This document shows positions 37,708 through 46,369 of a DNA stretch of 64,000 nucleotides, in pieces (positions within the stretch are counted from its first letter, which is position 1; each line of letters opens with the position of its first letter). The DNA lies in assembly GCA_046290465.1 (NCBI GenBank), contig JBKAGP010000001.1:3456001-3520000 (forward strand). The letters run 5' to 3'. A program made the translations under genes and the position numbers. The stretch comes from Planctomycetota bacterium (GTDB lineage: Bacteria; Planctomycetota; UBA1135; UBA2386). Under the pieces are notes generated by a model that had not been told where the DNA came from, did not search any database, and saw only the letters and a list, made by a program, of their open reading frames with translations.

Positions 37708-39573
37708 CTTCGCCAGCGGCAGCCGGATCAAGAACCGGGTCTCGCCGACGCGCGTCGCATCGAGCCGGATCGTGCCGCCGTGCGCCTCGACCAGGCGGCG
37801 GCAGATCGCGAGGCCGAGGCCGGTGCCCGAGGTCTTGGTCGTGAAGTAGGGATCGAACAGCTTGTCGCGCACGTCCGTCGGCACGCCGGGTCCGTCGTCG
37901 ACGACCGTCACCAGCACGTGGTCGTCGTCGCGCCGCGAGGCCATGCCGACCTGGACCGGCCCCTGCGCCGCCTCGATCGCGTTCTGCACCAGGTTGACGA
38001 ACACGCGCGCCATCGACTTCTGGTCGATCGAGATCGAGGCGTCGCCGGCGCCGGCTGCGAAGGTCAGCGTCAACGGCTTGTCGGCGAACAGCCGCGCCGT
38101 CTGCTCGCGCAGCTCCACGAGCCAGTCGTCGGCAGAGACCACCGACTTCTGCGCCGCCGCGATGCCGGCGAACGAACGGAAGTCGCTGGCGATGCGATCG
38201 AGCGCCTCGGTCTGCTCGAGCACGGTGCGCGCGAGCCGCTCGGCGACCTGGTCGGCGCGCGGGTCGTTGTCGCCACGCGCGCGCTGCAGCAGCTGCGCCG
38301 TCATGCGCATCGGCTGCAGCGGGTTCTTGACCTCGTGCGCGACCTGACGCGCCATCTCGGCCCACGCCTGGTCGCGCTCGGCGTGCGCCAGCCGGTCCCG
38401 CCCGACCGCGAGTTCGTGCGCCATCAGGTTGAACGCCGAGGCCAGCTCGCCGAGCTCGGGGCCGCCGCGCTGCGACACCGACACGGCGAGGTCGCCCTGC
38501 GCGATGCGCCGGGTCGCGGCGACCAGCGCCTGGATCGGCGCGGTGATCGCGCGCGACGCCGCCAGCGACCAGATCACCAACACGATGATCGACACCAGGA
38601 TCGCGACCAGCAGCACCTGCTCGAACGCGTTGCTGGCGGCGAACAGCTCGGTCTCCGGCACCGCGACGCCGAGCACGAACGACCGGGCCGCCGCGCCGCC
38701 GCCGGGCGCATAGCCGACCCGCCAGCGTTCGCCGTCGGCACCGAGGGACTCGCACCGACCGAGCTCCGCCGCCGCGGCGAGGCGCACGGCGAGTTCGGGC
38801 GGCTCGAGCGGCAGGCCGTAGTGCTGCCGGTCGGTGTGCGCCTGCACGGTGCCGTTCCTGCCGATCAGGAACACCTCGGCCGACGGCAGCCGCGCCTCGT
38901 CGACGAGCACCTGCCGCGCCTCGTCGATGACCTCCTGCACCTCCGGCCAGCGCATCAGCGCGAACAACACACCCGACGGCCCCTCGGCCTTGGGCACGTC
39001 CATCGCGACGCCGAGGTGGTGGCTGCCGGGATCCATCGACCGGAAGTCCAGCCCGCGGTGCAGGTAGCGCGACCGCCCCCACGGCAGGAAGTGGGTGCCG
39101 CGCACCCGCTGCGAGCGCCCGAACCAGTCGGTACCGGCGACGCTGTCGGGGATCAGGGACGCGCGGCGCTGGTGCTGGCTCGGGTCCAGCCTGCGGCCGT
39201 CCTGCCAGTAGACGACCCGGCCGTCGGCGTCGGCGAGCATCAGCAGGTCGAGGAACTCGCTGAGCAGGTCCGGGATCATCTCGACCTGCTCGGCGAACGC
39301 CTCGAGCTCGTCGTTGAGCTGGTCGGCCGGCGTGTCGAGCACGCGCCGCGACAGTTCGCGCACGATCGCGCAGGCCTGGTCGGTGCGCTCGAGCCGGGTC
39401 TCGATCTTCTGCGTGTAGTCGGCCGCCAGCTGCGGCAGGAACACGCGCACGACCTGCTCGTCGATCTGCTCGCGCATGCCGTTCAGCGAGAACCAGCCGT
39501 AGAGCAGCAGCGGCAGCACGGCCGACACCACCAGGGTGATCAGGAACCGGCTTGCCAGCGAGAGCGCGTGCAC
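37699..39573 (-). CDS. HAMP-domain sensor histidine kinase (NtrY-like)
   Basis: Two transmembrane helices, HAMP, EMARQVAHEVKNPL (H-box), NLVQNA, DDGPG, GTGLGL. Confidence 0.95.
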   Translation of the reverse strand: MHALSLASRFLITLVVSAVLPLLLYGWFSLNGMREQIDEQVVRVFLPQLAADYTQKIETRLERTDQACAIVRELSRRVLDTPADQLNDELEAFAEQVEMIPDLLSEFLDLLMLADADGRVVYWQDGRRLDPSQHQRRASLIPDSVAGTDWFGRSQRVRGTHFLPWGRSRYLHRGLDFRSMDPGSHHLGVAMDVPKAEGPSGVLFALMRWPEVQEVIDEARQVLVDEARLPSAEVFLIGRNGTVQAHTDRQHYGLPLEPPELAVRLAAAAELGRCESLGADGERWRVGYAPGGGAAARSFVLGVAVPETELFAASNAFEQVLLVAILVSIIVLVIWSLAASRAITAPIQALVAATRRIAQGDLAVSVSQRGGPELGELASAFNLMAHELAVGRDRLAHAERDQAWAEMARQVAHEVKNPLQPMRMTAQLLQRARGDNDPRADQVAERLARTVLEQTEALDRIASDFRSFAGIAAAQKSVVSADDWLVELREQTARLFADKPLTLTFAAGAGDASISIDQKSMARVFVNLVQNAIEAAQGPVQVGMASRRDDDHVLVTVVDDGPGVPTDVRDKLFDPYFTTKTSGTGLGLAICRRLVEAHGGTIRLDATRVGETRFLIRLPLAKSR

Positions 39574-39615
39574 GCGGCGATTATGCCACGGACGCGCCCG
39601 CTTCCGACCGAAGGG

Positions 39616-40947
39616 TCAGTTGCCTTCGCCGCCGGTCTCGGCGGCCTGGGCGGCGATCGCCTTGCGCAGGCGCTCGATCTCCTTCTCGCCGTCGCGCCAG
39701 AGCTCGTAGAAGCGCTCGGCGTTGATGTAGTGGTCGAGCGCCTTCTCCAGGTCGCCCGCAGCCTCGGCGTCGATCGCCGCCTGCCACTCGGTCTTGGCGC
39801 CCTGGATGTCGATGCGCAGCGCGTCGATGCGCGCGCCCTCGTCCTGGAAGCCGTCCGGCCACTTGACGGCCAGCGCCTCGAACGCGGCCAGCGCCTCGGC
39901 CTTCTTGCCCATCACCTCGAGGTCCCGTGCAGCGCGGAACTCGGCCTGGCCCTGCAGCTTGCGGTTCTCGATCATCAGCTCGCTGATGGCGCCGCGCGAC
40001 AGCGTCGACTGCTCGAACGCCTCGTCGAGCATCTCCTTGGCCTTCTTGAACTCACCGTTGCGCATGATCAGCTGCGCCGACTCGATCAGGCCGAGCGCGG
40101 CCAGCTCCGAGGTCATCTTGTCGATCGCCTCTTGCGTGCCCTCGAGCTCCGCGTCGAGCTTCTGCGCCTGGCGGTAGAGCACCAGCGCCGCGCCGAACTG
40201 GTTGTCGCGCTCGCAGGCCTTGGCCTCCGCGAACTTGGACCGGGCGCGCTCCAGACGAGCCTCGTCGCGCAGCCGCTTGGCGTTGTCGCGGCGCTCGTCG
40301 TCGGGATCCGGCGTGTGCCGCAGCACCGACTCGGCGTGCCACGCGACCTCGATGTGGCGGAACTCGGGGTACTTGCGCACCGCCTGCAGGAATTGCGCCT
40401 GCGCCACCGCATCCATCCGCGTCAGCTCGTCCTTGACGCGCTGGATGCCGTCGTTGGCCGCCTCGAAGCCCGGCATGATCCGCTGGCTCTCGAGGTACAT
40501 CTCCATCGCCTCCTGGAACTCCCGCTGCGACAGCATCGTGTCGCCACGCAGCACCAGCGCCTTGGCCTGCTTGTGGTGGGCGTGGTCGCGCAGGTCCTGC
40601 ACCGCCTCCGGCTTGAAGTCCGGCGCCATGCGCTCGAGCTTGGCCAGCAGCCGCAGGGCATCGTCCTCCCGTTCGCGGAAGATCAGCGTCTGGGCGCGGT
40701 CGCGGATCGCCTCGTGCTTGATCCGGGTGTGCTCCTTCTCGAGCGCCTCGTCGACGCCACCGCCCTCGAGCTGGCGCAGATACTCCGTGTCGAGCACCTC
40801 GAAGGCGTGCTGCCAGTCGCCGCGACGCTCGAACGAACGGCTCTTCTCGATGACCGAACTCGTTGCGCACCCGGAGAGTAGGAGAAGTCCGAGCAGCGGG
40901 ACCGCGGTTCGGAGAAGGGCCGTCGGGAGGGGTCGCACGAAATACAT
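39616..40947 (-). CDS. TPR-repeat lipoprotein
   Basis: ATG at 40947, lipobox LSGC, helical TPR-like repeats. Confidence 0.8.
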   Translation of the reverse strand: MYFVRPLPTALLRTAVPLLGLLLLSGCATSSVIEKSRSFERRGDWQHAFEVLDTEYLRQLEGGGVDEALEKEHTRIKHEAIRDRAQTLIFREREDDALRLLAKLERMAPDFKPEAVQDLRDHAHHKQAKALVLRGDTMLSQREFQEAMEMYLESQRIMPGFEAANDGIQRVKDELTRMDAVAQAQFLQAVRKYPEFRHIEVAWHAESVLRHTPDPDDERRDNAKRLRDEARLERARSKFAEAKACERDNQFGAALVLYRQAQKLDAELEGTQEAIDKMTSELAALGLIESAQLIMRNGEFKKAKEMLDEAFEQSTLSRGAISELMIENRKLQGQAEFRAARDLEVMGKKAEALAAFEALAVKWPDGFQDEGARIDALRIDIQGAKTEWQAAIDAEAAGDLEKALDHYINAERFYELWRDGEKEIERLRKAIAAQAAETGGEGN

Positions 40948-41043
40948 GGCGGAGCTGCGGATTGGCCTTCCTGGTCGGAAGGGCCAGAATGGTCCGCCCC
41001 TGAGACCGGCGGACGGCCCGCCATCTTCCCGCCCATCCCCTAG

Positions 41044-41646
41044 ATGTCCACAGCTTCCCCCACCGGCTTCGGCCTGCACGAATACATCCGCACCATCGAG
41101 CAGGTGCTCGACCGCCGCCCCTCCAACCGGATCATCATCCGCGAGGTCTCCAAGGCCACCAAGGAGCTCTGCAGCGACGACCGCTGGCTCGAAGATCGCC
41201 ACCGGATCGGGGAGAAGGACCGCTACACGCGCCACCTGCTGCACAAGGACCCGCAGAACCGCTTCATCGTGCTGTCGCTTGTCTGGCAACCGGGCCAGAT
41301 GACGCCGATCCACGACCACGCCTGCTGGGGCGTGATGGGCCTGGTCGACAACACCCTCGAGGAGATCTGCTACGAGCGCCTCGACGACGGCTCGCGGCCG
41401 GACTTCTGCGAGCTGGAGCAGACCCGCGGCACCGACGTGTCGAAGGGCGGCGTCGCCTACCTGCTGCCGCCCTACGAGGAGATCCACCGGATCGGCAACA
41501 CCAGCGACAAGCCGACGATCTCCCTGCACGTCTACGGGCGGGACCTCGACGAGATCAACGTGTTCGATCCGGTGACCGGCAAGGTCAGCCCGATGCGCAT
41601 CAAGTACTACTCGCCCGAGATGGGCGACCAGCCGTTCATCATCTGA
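41044..41646 (+). CDS. cysteine/thiol dioxygenase family cupin
   Basis: YTRHLL, WQPGQMTPIHDH, IHRI, SLHVY (3-His Fe site and Ser-His-Tyr motif). Confidence 0.92.
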   Translation: MSTASPTGFGLHEYIRTIEQVLDRRPSNRIIIREVSKATKELCSDDRWLEDRHRIGEKDRYTRHLLHKDPQNRFIVLSLVWQPGQMTPIHDHACWGVMGLVDNTLEEICYERLDDGSRPDFCELEQTRGTDVSKGGVAYLLPPYEEIHRIGNTSDKPTISLHVYGRDLDEINVFDPVTGKVSPMRIKYYSPEMGDQPFII

Positions 41647-41739
41647 CCCGCTTCGGCCCGAACGGCCGGGGCGGCGCAACAACGCCAGGCGCCCTGCGAG
41701 GCCCGGTTCGCTGATGGGTCGAGCCGCCGACCGCTGTGG

Positions 41740-43362
41740 CTACCTGGGCAGCCGGCTGCGAACCAGGGGCCCGGCATCCACGTCGGTGACTTGCCCCTCC
41801 TCGATCGTGACCTCCTTCTGCACGGCAGCCCAGCCATGCTTGCTGATGCGAAGCTGGTGCCGACCCAGGGGCATCGGCCAGAGCTGCTTGCCGGATGCTG
41901 CAGCCAACGTGAAGCCATCGCCTGACTCGAGCTCGACCGTCACCCCGACATCCGCGTCGAACGATGGGATCCTGAGCCACCCCAGAGGCCCCTTCAACGA
42001 AACGAGAGCAATCGCGGCTTGCCCTCGATCTCCATCTCGCACGTGCACCCTGACGCCTTCCACTTCGTCCATGACCTCGGGGCACATGACTCGGGACGTG
42101 AGCGTGTATTCCCCGACCGGTAGCTCGACTTGCCGGCCGCTCGTGATGGACCAGGACCTGCCCGCCTGATCGAGCAGGATCAGCGGGTGGTCGTGCACGA
42201 CGTCCAGGCCGGCCATCAGATCGACTCGGAGCCAACCGACGCTACCCGATGCGCGACGCAGCAAGTGGGGACGCGACCAACCGGCGATCGGCCGCACCTC
42301 GATCGAACCCTGATACAGCTCACCGCTGACGGCCGTCGCCATGACTCGAACGGTATCGCCTGTGTGCTCACCCAAGCTCGCCACGACGTAGGCGCGCGAA
42401 CCCGGCGCCCGCGTCGACCATTGCGACGCGAGATCCTTCGCGCGCCGGTACACCTGTCGGTCGACTGGCAGCCGGTCAGGATGGAACCTCCATGCCGCGA
42501 CCTCGACTCCGCCAGGAACGACCGCCCAGACACCCCAGGCTGGATGCATGACGATCTGCACCACCGCCACGTTCGGAGCCACCTCGACGAAGTAGCCGTC
42601 GTGCATGCCCAACCGCCACATCGCGCGCACGAAGGCTTCGGCCCCCGTCGGAATGCCGCCGATCACGGCCACCCCTCGTTCGTCCGTGGTTGCGCGATAG
42701 CAACTCGTCGTCAGCCACGGATTGTCGAATCCGCTCTCGGACCAGTCCCAGCCGTCGCGGCAACCGGCCTGATCCAACGACAGCTCGATCGGGCACCCCC
42801 CCAACGGAGCACCAGCGTCGTCGACGCAGTGCAACTCCAGACGACGCCCACTCCCGAGCAATACGACCTGCTCCGCGGGTCCGTCCGTCTCGACCCGGAG
42901 CTGTGCCGGTGCATACATGGGATGAAAGGCCACGAGTTCGTCACCGACCTGTTTCTCGGCAAGCTCGACCCAACCGTTCTCGTCGCTGACCAGGTCGATC
43001 GCACACGGCCCGGAAACGCACACGCGTTCTCCTGGCCGAAACAAGCGAACATCGCCGACGGGACGCTCATCCGGATCCACGAACCGGATGCGGAACGCCG
43101 GCTTGCGAACGCCTTCGACGGACTGGGCTTCCGCCGGCTGCGCCTCGACCCGAACCAGGGTCTCGGGATCTCCTTGCAGGCTCCCTGACCGCTCCATGCC
43201 ACCAGCATCGTGCGACGCCGCCCCCACCGAGGACGCACGTGCATCGCCTTGCGATCGCGAGGTCGCCCAGAGGATCAGCGCCACGAGACATGCAAGGACC
43301 AGGATCACGGCAACGGCCGCCCTGCGTCTCGCCAATTCGTTCATCTGCCAACCTCCACTCAC
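41740..43362 (-). CDS. membrane-anchored carboxypeptidase-regulatory-like protein with atypical codon usage
   Basis: N-terminal transmembrane helix, FVDPDERPV, CVDDAGAPL, TTDERGVA, PEGA-like C-terminus; visibly more A/T than flanking genes. Confidence 0.7.
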   Translation of the reverse strand: MSGGWQMNELARRRAAVAVILVLACLVALILWATSRSQGDARASSVGAASHDAGGMERSGSLQGDPETLVRVEAQPAEAQSVEGVRKPAFRIRFVDPDERPVGDVRLFRPGERVCVSGPCAIDLVSDENGWVELAEKQVGDELVAFHPMYAPAQLRVETDGPAEQVVLLGSGRRLELHCVDDAGAPLGGCPIELSLDQAGCRDGWDWSESGFDNPWLTTSCYRATTDERGVAVIGGIPTGAEAFVRAMWRLGMHDGYFVEVAPNVAVVQIVMHPAWGVWAVVPGGVEVAAWRFHPDRLPVDRQVYRRAKDLASQWSTRAPGSRAYVVASLGEHTGDTVRVMATAVSGELYQGSIEVRPIAGWSRPHLLRRASGSVGWLRVDLMAGLDVVHDHPLILLDQAGRSWSITSGRQVELPVGEYTLTSRVMCPEVMDEVEGVRVHVRDGDRGQAAIALVSLKGPLGWLRIPSFDADVGVTVELESGDGFTLAAASGKQLWPMPLGRHQLRISKHGWAAVQKEVTIEEGQVTDVDAGPLVRSRLPR

Positions 43363-43464
43363 GACTCGTTGGTTGGATCCGTTGCCTGCGCGATGACGTG
43401 CGCTCGATCGCCATGACGACCAACTCCCACATGACCACGAGCGGCGCCGCGAAGAGGATACGCG

Positions 43465-44343
43465 ATGGCCCGGACCGCGGGGATCCCCTCAACCCCTGCG
43501 TGCACACCTGCCGATGGCTCCGATGCCATGGAAGACGGCGACATCCTGGACGCGTTCGACGACGCCGAAGACCTGAAGAAGTCGATCCAGCAGGGCGAGA
43601 ACGGCCCGTGGAACGACGACTCGGCGGTGTTCGAGGACCCGAAGCTGGCGGAGCTGCAGAAGGACCTCGCGGAACCGAAGCAGACCGACTACCAGCAGCG
43701 GCGCATGCAGGAGATGCAGCGTCGCGCGGCGGCGGCCCAGAAGGAAGCCGAGCGCAAGGCGCGCACCGACTTCGAGGTCGCGCCGTCGACGACCGCTTGG
43801 ACCGGAGACCAGGACGAAGCGGCCGGCACCGAGGCTCCGCAATGGAGCGAGACGCCGGTCTGGGACGAGCACGGCGGCTGCGCGGCACCGGTCGAACGCC
43901 GCTCCCCCAACGGCCGGCCGGACCCGAACAGCCCGGTCGTACACGCCCGCCGGGCGACCGACCGCGCGCCGCAGGAGAAGCCCCAGCTGACGCCGGCGAG
44001 CACGCCCGAACAGAGCCTGGTGGTGCACTACGCGCCGTCGGTGTTCGCCGCGGTGCTGGTGTTCGTCGCGGCGACGGTCGTGCACGGCACGCTCGATGGC
44101 TGGCACCTCGACCTGATCGCGCGCGCGGTGGTCGCGATGGGCGCCACCGGAGTGCTGTGGCGCCGTTTCCAGACCGGCAGGCTGCGCGCGATGGCGATCG
44201 GCGCCGCCGCCTACACCGCGGCGTTCGTGCCGTCGGACCGGCTCGGCACGCCGGAGAACATGTTCGCGCTGACGCTCGGCCTGCTGGCCGTCGCCGCTGG
44301 CTCCGGCCTGGTCGGCGTGCAGCGCGACGACTTCGCCAGATAG
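43465..44343 (+). CDS. hypothetical membrane protein (acidic N-terminus, about four C-terminal TM helices)
   Basis: Genome-typical codon bias from about 43528; hydrophobic C-terminal segments. Confidence 0.7.
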   Translation: MARTAGIPSTPACTPADGSDAMEDGDILDAFDDAEDLKKSIQQGENGPWNDDSAVFEDPKLAELQKDLAEPKQTDYQQRRMQEMQRRAAAAQKEAERKARTDFEVAPSTTAWTGDQDEAAGTEAPQWSETPVWDEHGGCAAPVERRSPNGRPDPNSPVVHARRATDRAPQEKPQLTPASTPEQSLVVHYAPSVFAAVLVFVAATVVHGTLDGWHLDLIARAVVAMGATGVLWRRFQTGRLRAMAIGAAAYTAAFVPSDRLGTPENMFALTLGLLAVAAGSGLVGVQRDDFAR

Positions 44344-44357
44344 CGCTGCGTGCCGCG

Positions 44358-46241
44358 CTACTGGTCGAAGGTCGCGCGCCCCGCGTCCGACACCACGATG
44401 CCGAGCGGGTTGACGTAGTCGACCACCGCCCACTGGTGGAAGAACTCGAGGCCGACGTAGGCCGGGTTGCTCGGCAGGTTGAACGTGCCGCTCGCCGCGC
44501 CCTGGCCGTCGGTGATCTTGAGCTCGAGCAGTTCGGGCGAGACCAGCAGGTCACAGCCCGGCGCGCCCGGCAGCGCCACCGGCAGCGGCGCGCCGTTGTA
44601 GACGGTGTCCGACTGCCCGGTGACCAGCACCGCGAACGTGCTCGGCAGCGCGTTCGCCAGCGTGACGTCGTAGCTCGAGCCGAGGATCGGCGAACCGGCG
44701 TTGCCGAGTTCGGGCACGATCGTGTTGCCGCCGGTGCAGGTGACGCGGTAGGACGGCCGTTGCACCAGGCCCGACTGCGACCAGTTGCCGGTGACCGCGG
44801 TGCGGTAGTGGCCGACGCCGCCAGCACCCCCGGTCAGGTTGGAGATGACGCCGTCCGGCGAGTTCTCGTAGCCGATGTAGAACGTGCCGTTCACGGTCAC
44901 CGGCGACGCCAGCGTAGCGGTGTAGAAGCCGGCCGACGGACTGACGGTGATCGTCGTGCTCGCCAGCGGCGTCGTGTCGGGCCCGTTGCCGGTCGACGCG
45001 TAGACGTGCGCCGGGCGCGTGATCGTGCCGTTGGTCGACTCGGTGTAGATGTCGAACGCGCTGATCTGGATCGGCCCGGTCGTCGTCACCTCGTAGCAGT
45101 ACTCATACTGGTTGGTGTTGCCGGTCAGCGTGCCGCCGCCCGCGTTGAGTTCGGGGCACGGTGCGGTCACCGAGCCGGGGCAGCCCTGGCCGAAGTTGCT
45201 GAAGCTCGCACCGCTCGGGCGCACGATGTAGAGGCCGGTCGTGCGGTCCGAGATCAGGATGTTGCCCGACGGCAAGAACGGGTAGCAGCCCCAGCAGCCG
45301 TTGAAGCCGCCCGAAGCGCCGGGCCACGTGTCGTACGACGCGACCTCGACCGGGTTGCTCGGGTTGCTGATGTCGAGGCAGCGGTAGCCCTCGGTGTACC
45401 AGCTGACGTGCACCTTGTCGCCGACGATGAACGCGTTGTGCGGGATCGACGCCGGGTTCGGCGTGAACGAGCTCAGCCCGATCGGGTTCGACTTGTTGGT
45501 GATGTCGAAGATCCGGATCACGCCGCCGGCCACCTCGTCGGTCGTCACGCACAGCGTGCCCGCCGCGTTCGGCCACGCGTTGTGCGTGAAGTTGCCGGGG
45601 GTGCCGGTGTTGCTCAGCACCGGGTGCGGGAACGAGCTGGTATCCGAGATACGCAGGTCCCCGTTGTAGATCATCGAGCCGTAGAAGTAGCCGTTCTCGA
45701 CGCAGATGTCGTGGTAGTAGTTGCTGTTGCCGCTACCCGTCGTCGTGCCGATGTAGGTCGGGTTGGCCGGGTTGGCGTTGAGGTCCCAGACCGGCGTGCC
45801 GACGTTGGTGCCGGCGAGGTAGAGCAGGCCGGTGCCTTCGTCGATGCAGATGTTGTGCGCGTTGTTGGTCACCGACGTGCCGAACGCGCCGACCGCGGTC
45901 GGGCTGTTCGGGTTGCTGAGGTCGATGATCTGGAAGCCCGACGTCGACTCGGTCACCACGTAGGCGTAGTTGCCGAAGGTGCGGCAGTCGCGCCACGTCG
46001 ACGACCCGAACGGGAAGAAGCCTCGCTCGATCGGGGTCGCCGGGTTGCTGACGTCGACGACCACCGTGCCCGTCGTCGAGCACAGCAGCGCGTACTCGTC
46101 GCCGTTGGGCGCCGTGTAGCCCCAGATGTCGTTGAACGGGCCGTGGTTGTTGAACGTGCCGAGCAGGGCGCAGTTGACGCCTTGGGCGGAGATCGACGCG
46201 GCCAGGATGCCGGTCAGGAGGAGTGCCTTCTTCGTGAGCAT
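44358..46241 (-). CDS. choice-of-anchor B (LVIVD-type propeller) protein with the shared C-terminal domain
   Basis: ATG at 46241; NDIWGY...EYAL, WRD, AHNI, YYHD, THNAW, PHN, SWYTEG, WGCYPFLPSGNILISDRTTGL. Confidence 0.9.
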   Translation of the reverse strand: MLTKKALLLTGILAASISAQGVNCALLGTFNNHGPFNDIWGYTAPNGDEYALLCSTTGTVVVDVSNPATPIERGFFPFGSSTWRDCRTFGNYAYVVTESTSGFQIIDLSNPNSPTAVGAFGTSVTNNAHNICIDEGTGLLYLAGTNVGTPVWDLNANPANPTYIGTTTGSGNSNYYHDICVENGYFYGSMIYNGDLRISDTSSFPHPVLSNTGTPGNFTHNAWPNAAGTLCVTTDEVAGGVIRIFDITNKSNPIGLSSFTPNPASIPHNAFIVGDKVHVSWYTEGYRCLDISNPSNPVEVASYDTWPGASGGFNGCWGCYPFLPSGNILISDRTTGLYIVRPSGASFSNFGQGCPGSVTAPCPELNAGGGTLTGNTNQYEYCYEVTTTGPIQISAFDIYTESTNGTITRPAHVYASTGNGPDTTPLASTTITVSPSAGFYTATLASPVTVNGTFYIGYENSPDGVISNLTGGAGGVGHYRTAVTGNWSQSGLVQRPSYRVTCTGGNTIVPELGNAGSPILGSSYDVTLANALPSTFAVLVTGQSDTVYNGAPLPVALPGAPGCDLLVSPELLELKITDGQGAASGTFNLPSNPAYVGLEFFHQWAVVDYVNPLGIVVSDAGRATFDQ

Positions 46242-46369
46242 GGGAGAGGGGAGTGGGGCAACCGACAGGGTGCGACGGCGGCAGGCACCGCCGTCGCGGG
46301 GTTCGAGGGGATGCGACCCGGCGAGGCTCGTCGGCCCAGCTGGGTCGCTCGGCAGCTGGGTCGCTGGCC

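Noticed and set aside
37780..40881. 1033-aa plus-strand ORF, and similar long ORFs such as 57685..61725, 43239..46454 and 49953..52580
   Set aside because: Stop-poor shadow frames typical of high-GC DNA, lying opposite or out of frame with motif-bearing genes.
46271..46365. Hairpin (gcgacggcgg/ccgccgtcgc) and 13-bp direct repeat (cagctgggtcgct x2) between the choice-of-anchor B paralogs
   Set aside because: Short, unrelated to the other repeat families, and plausibly an ordinary intercistronic stem or chance.
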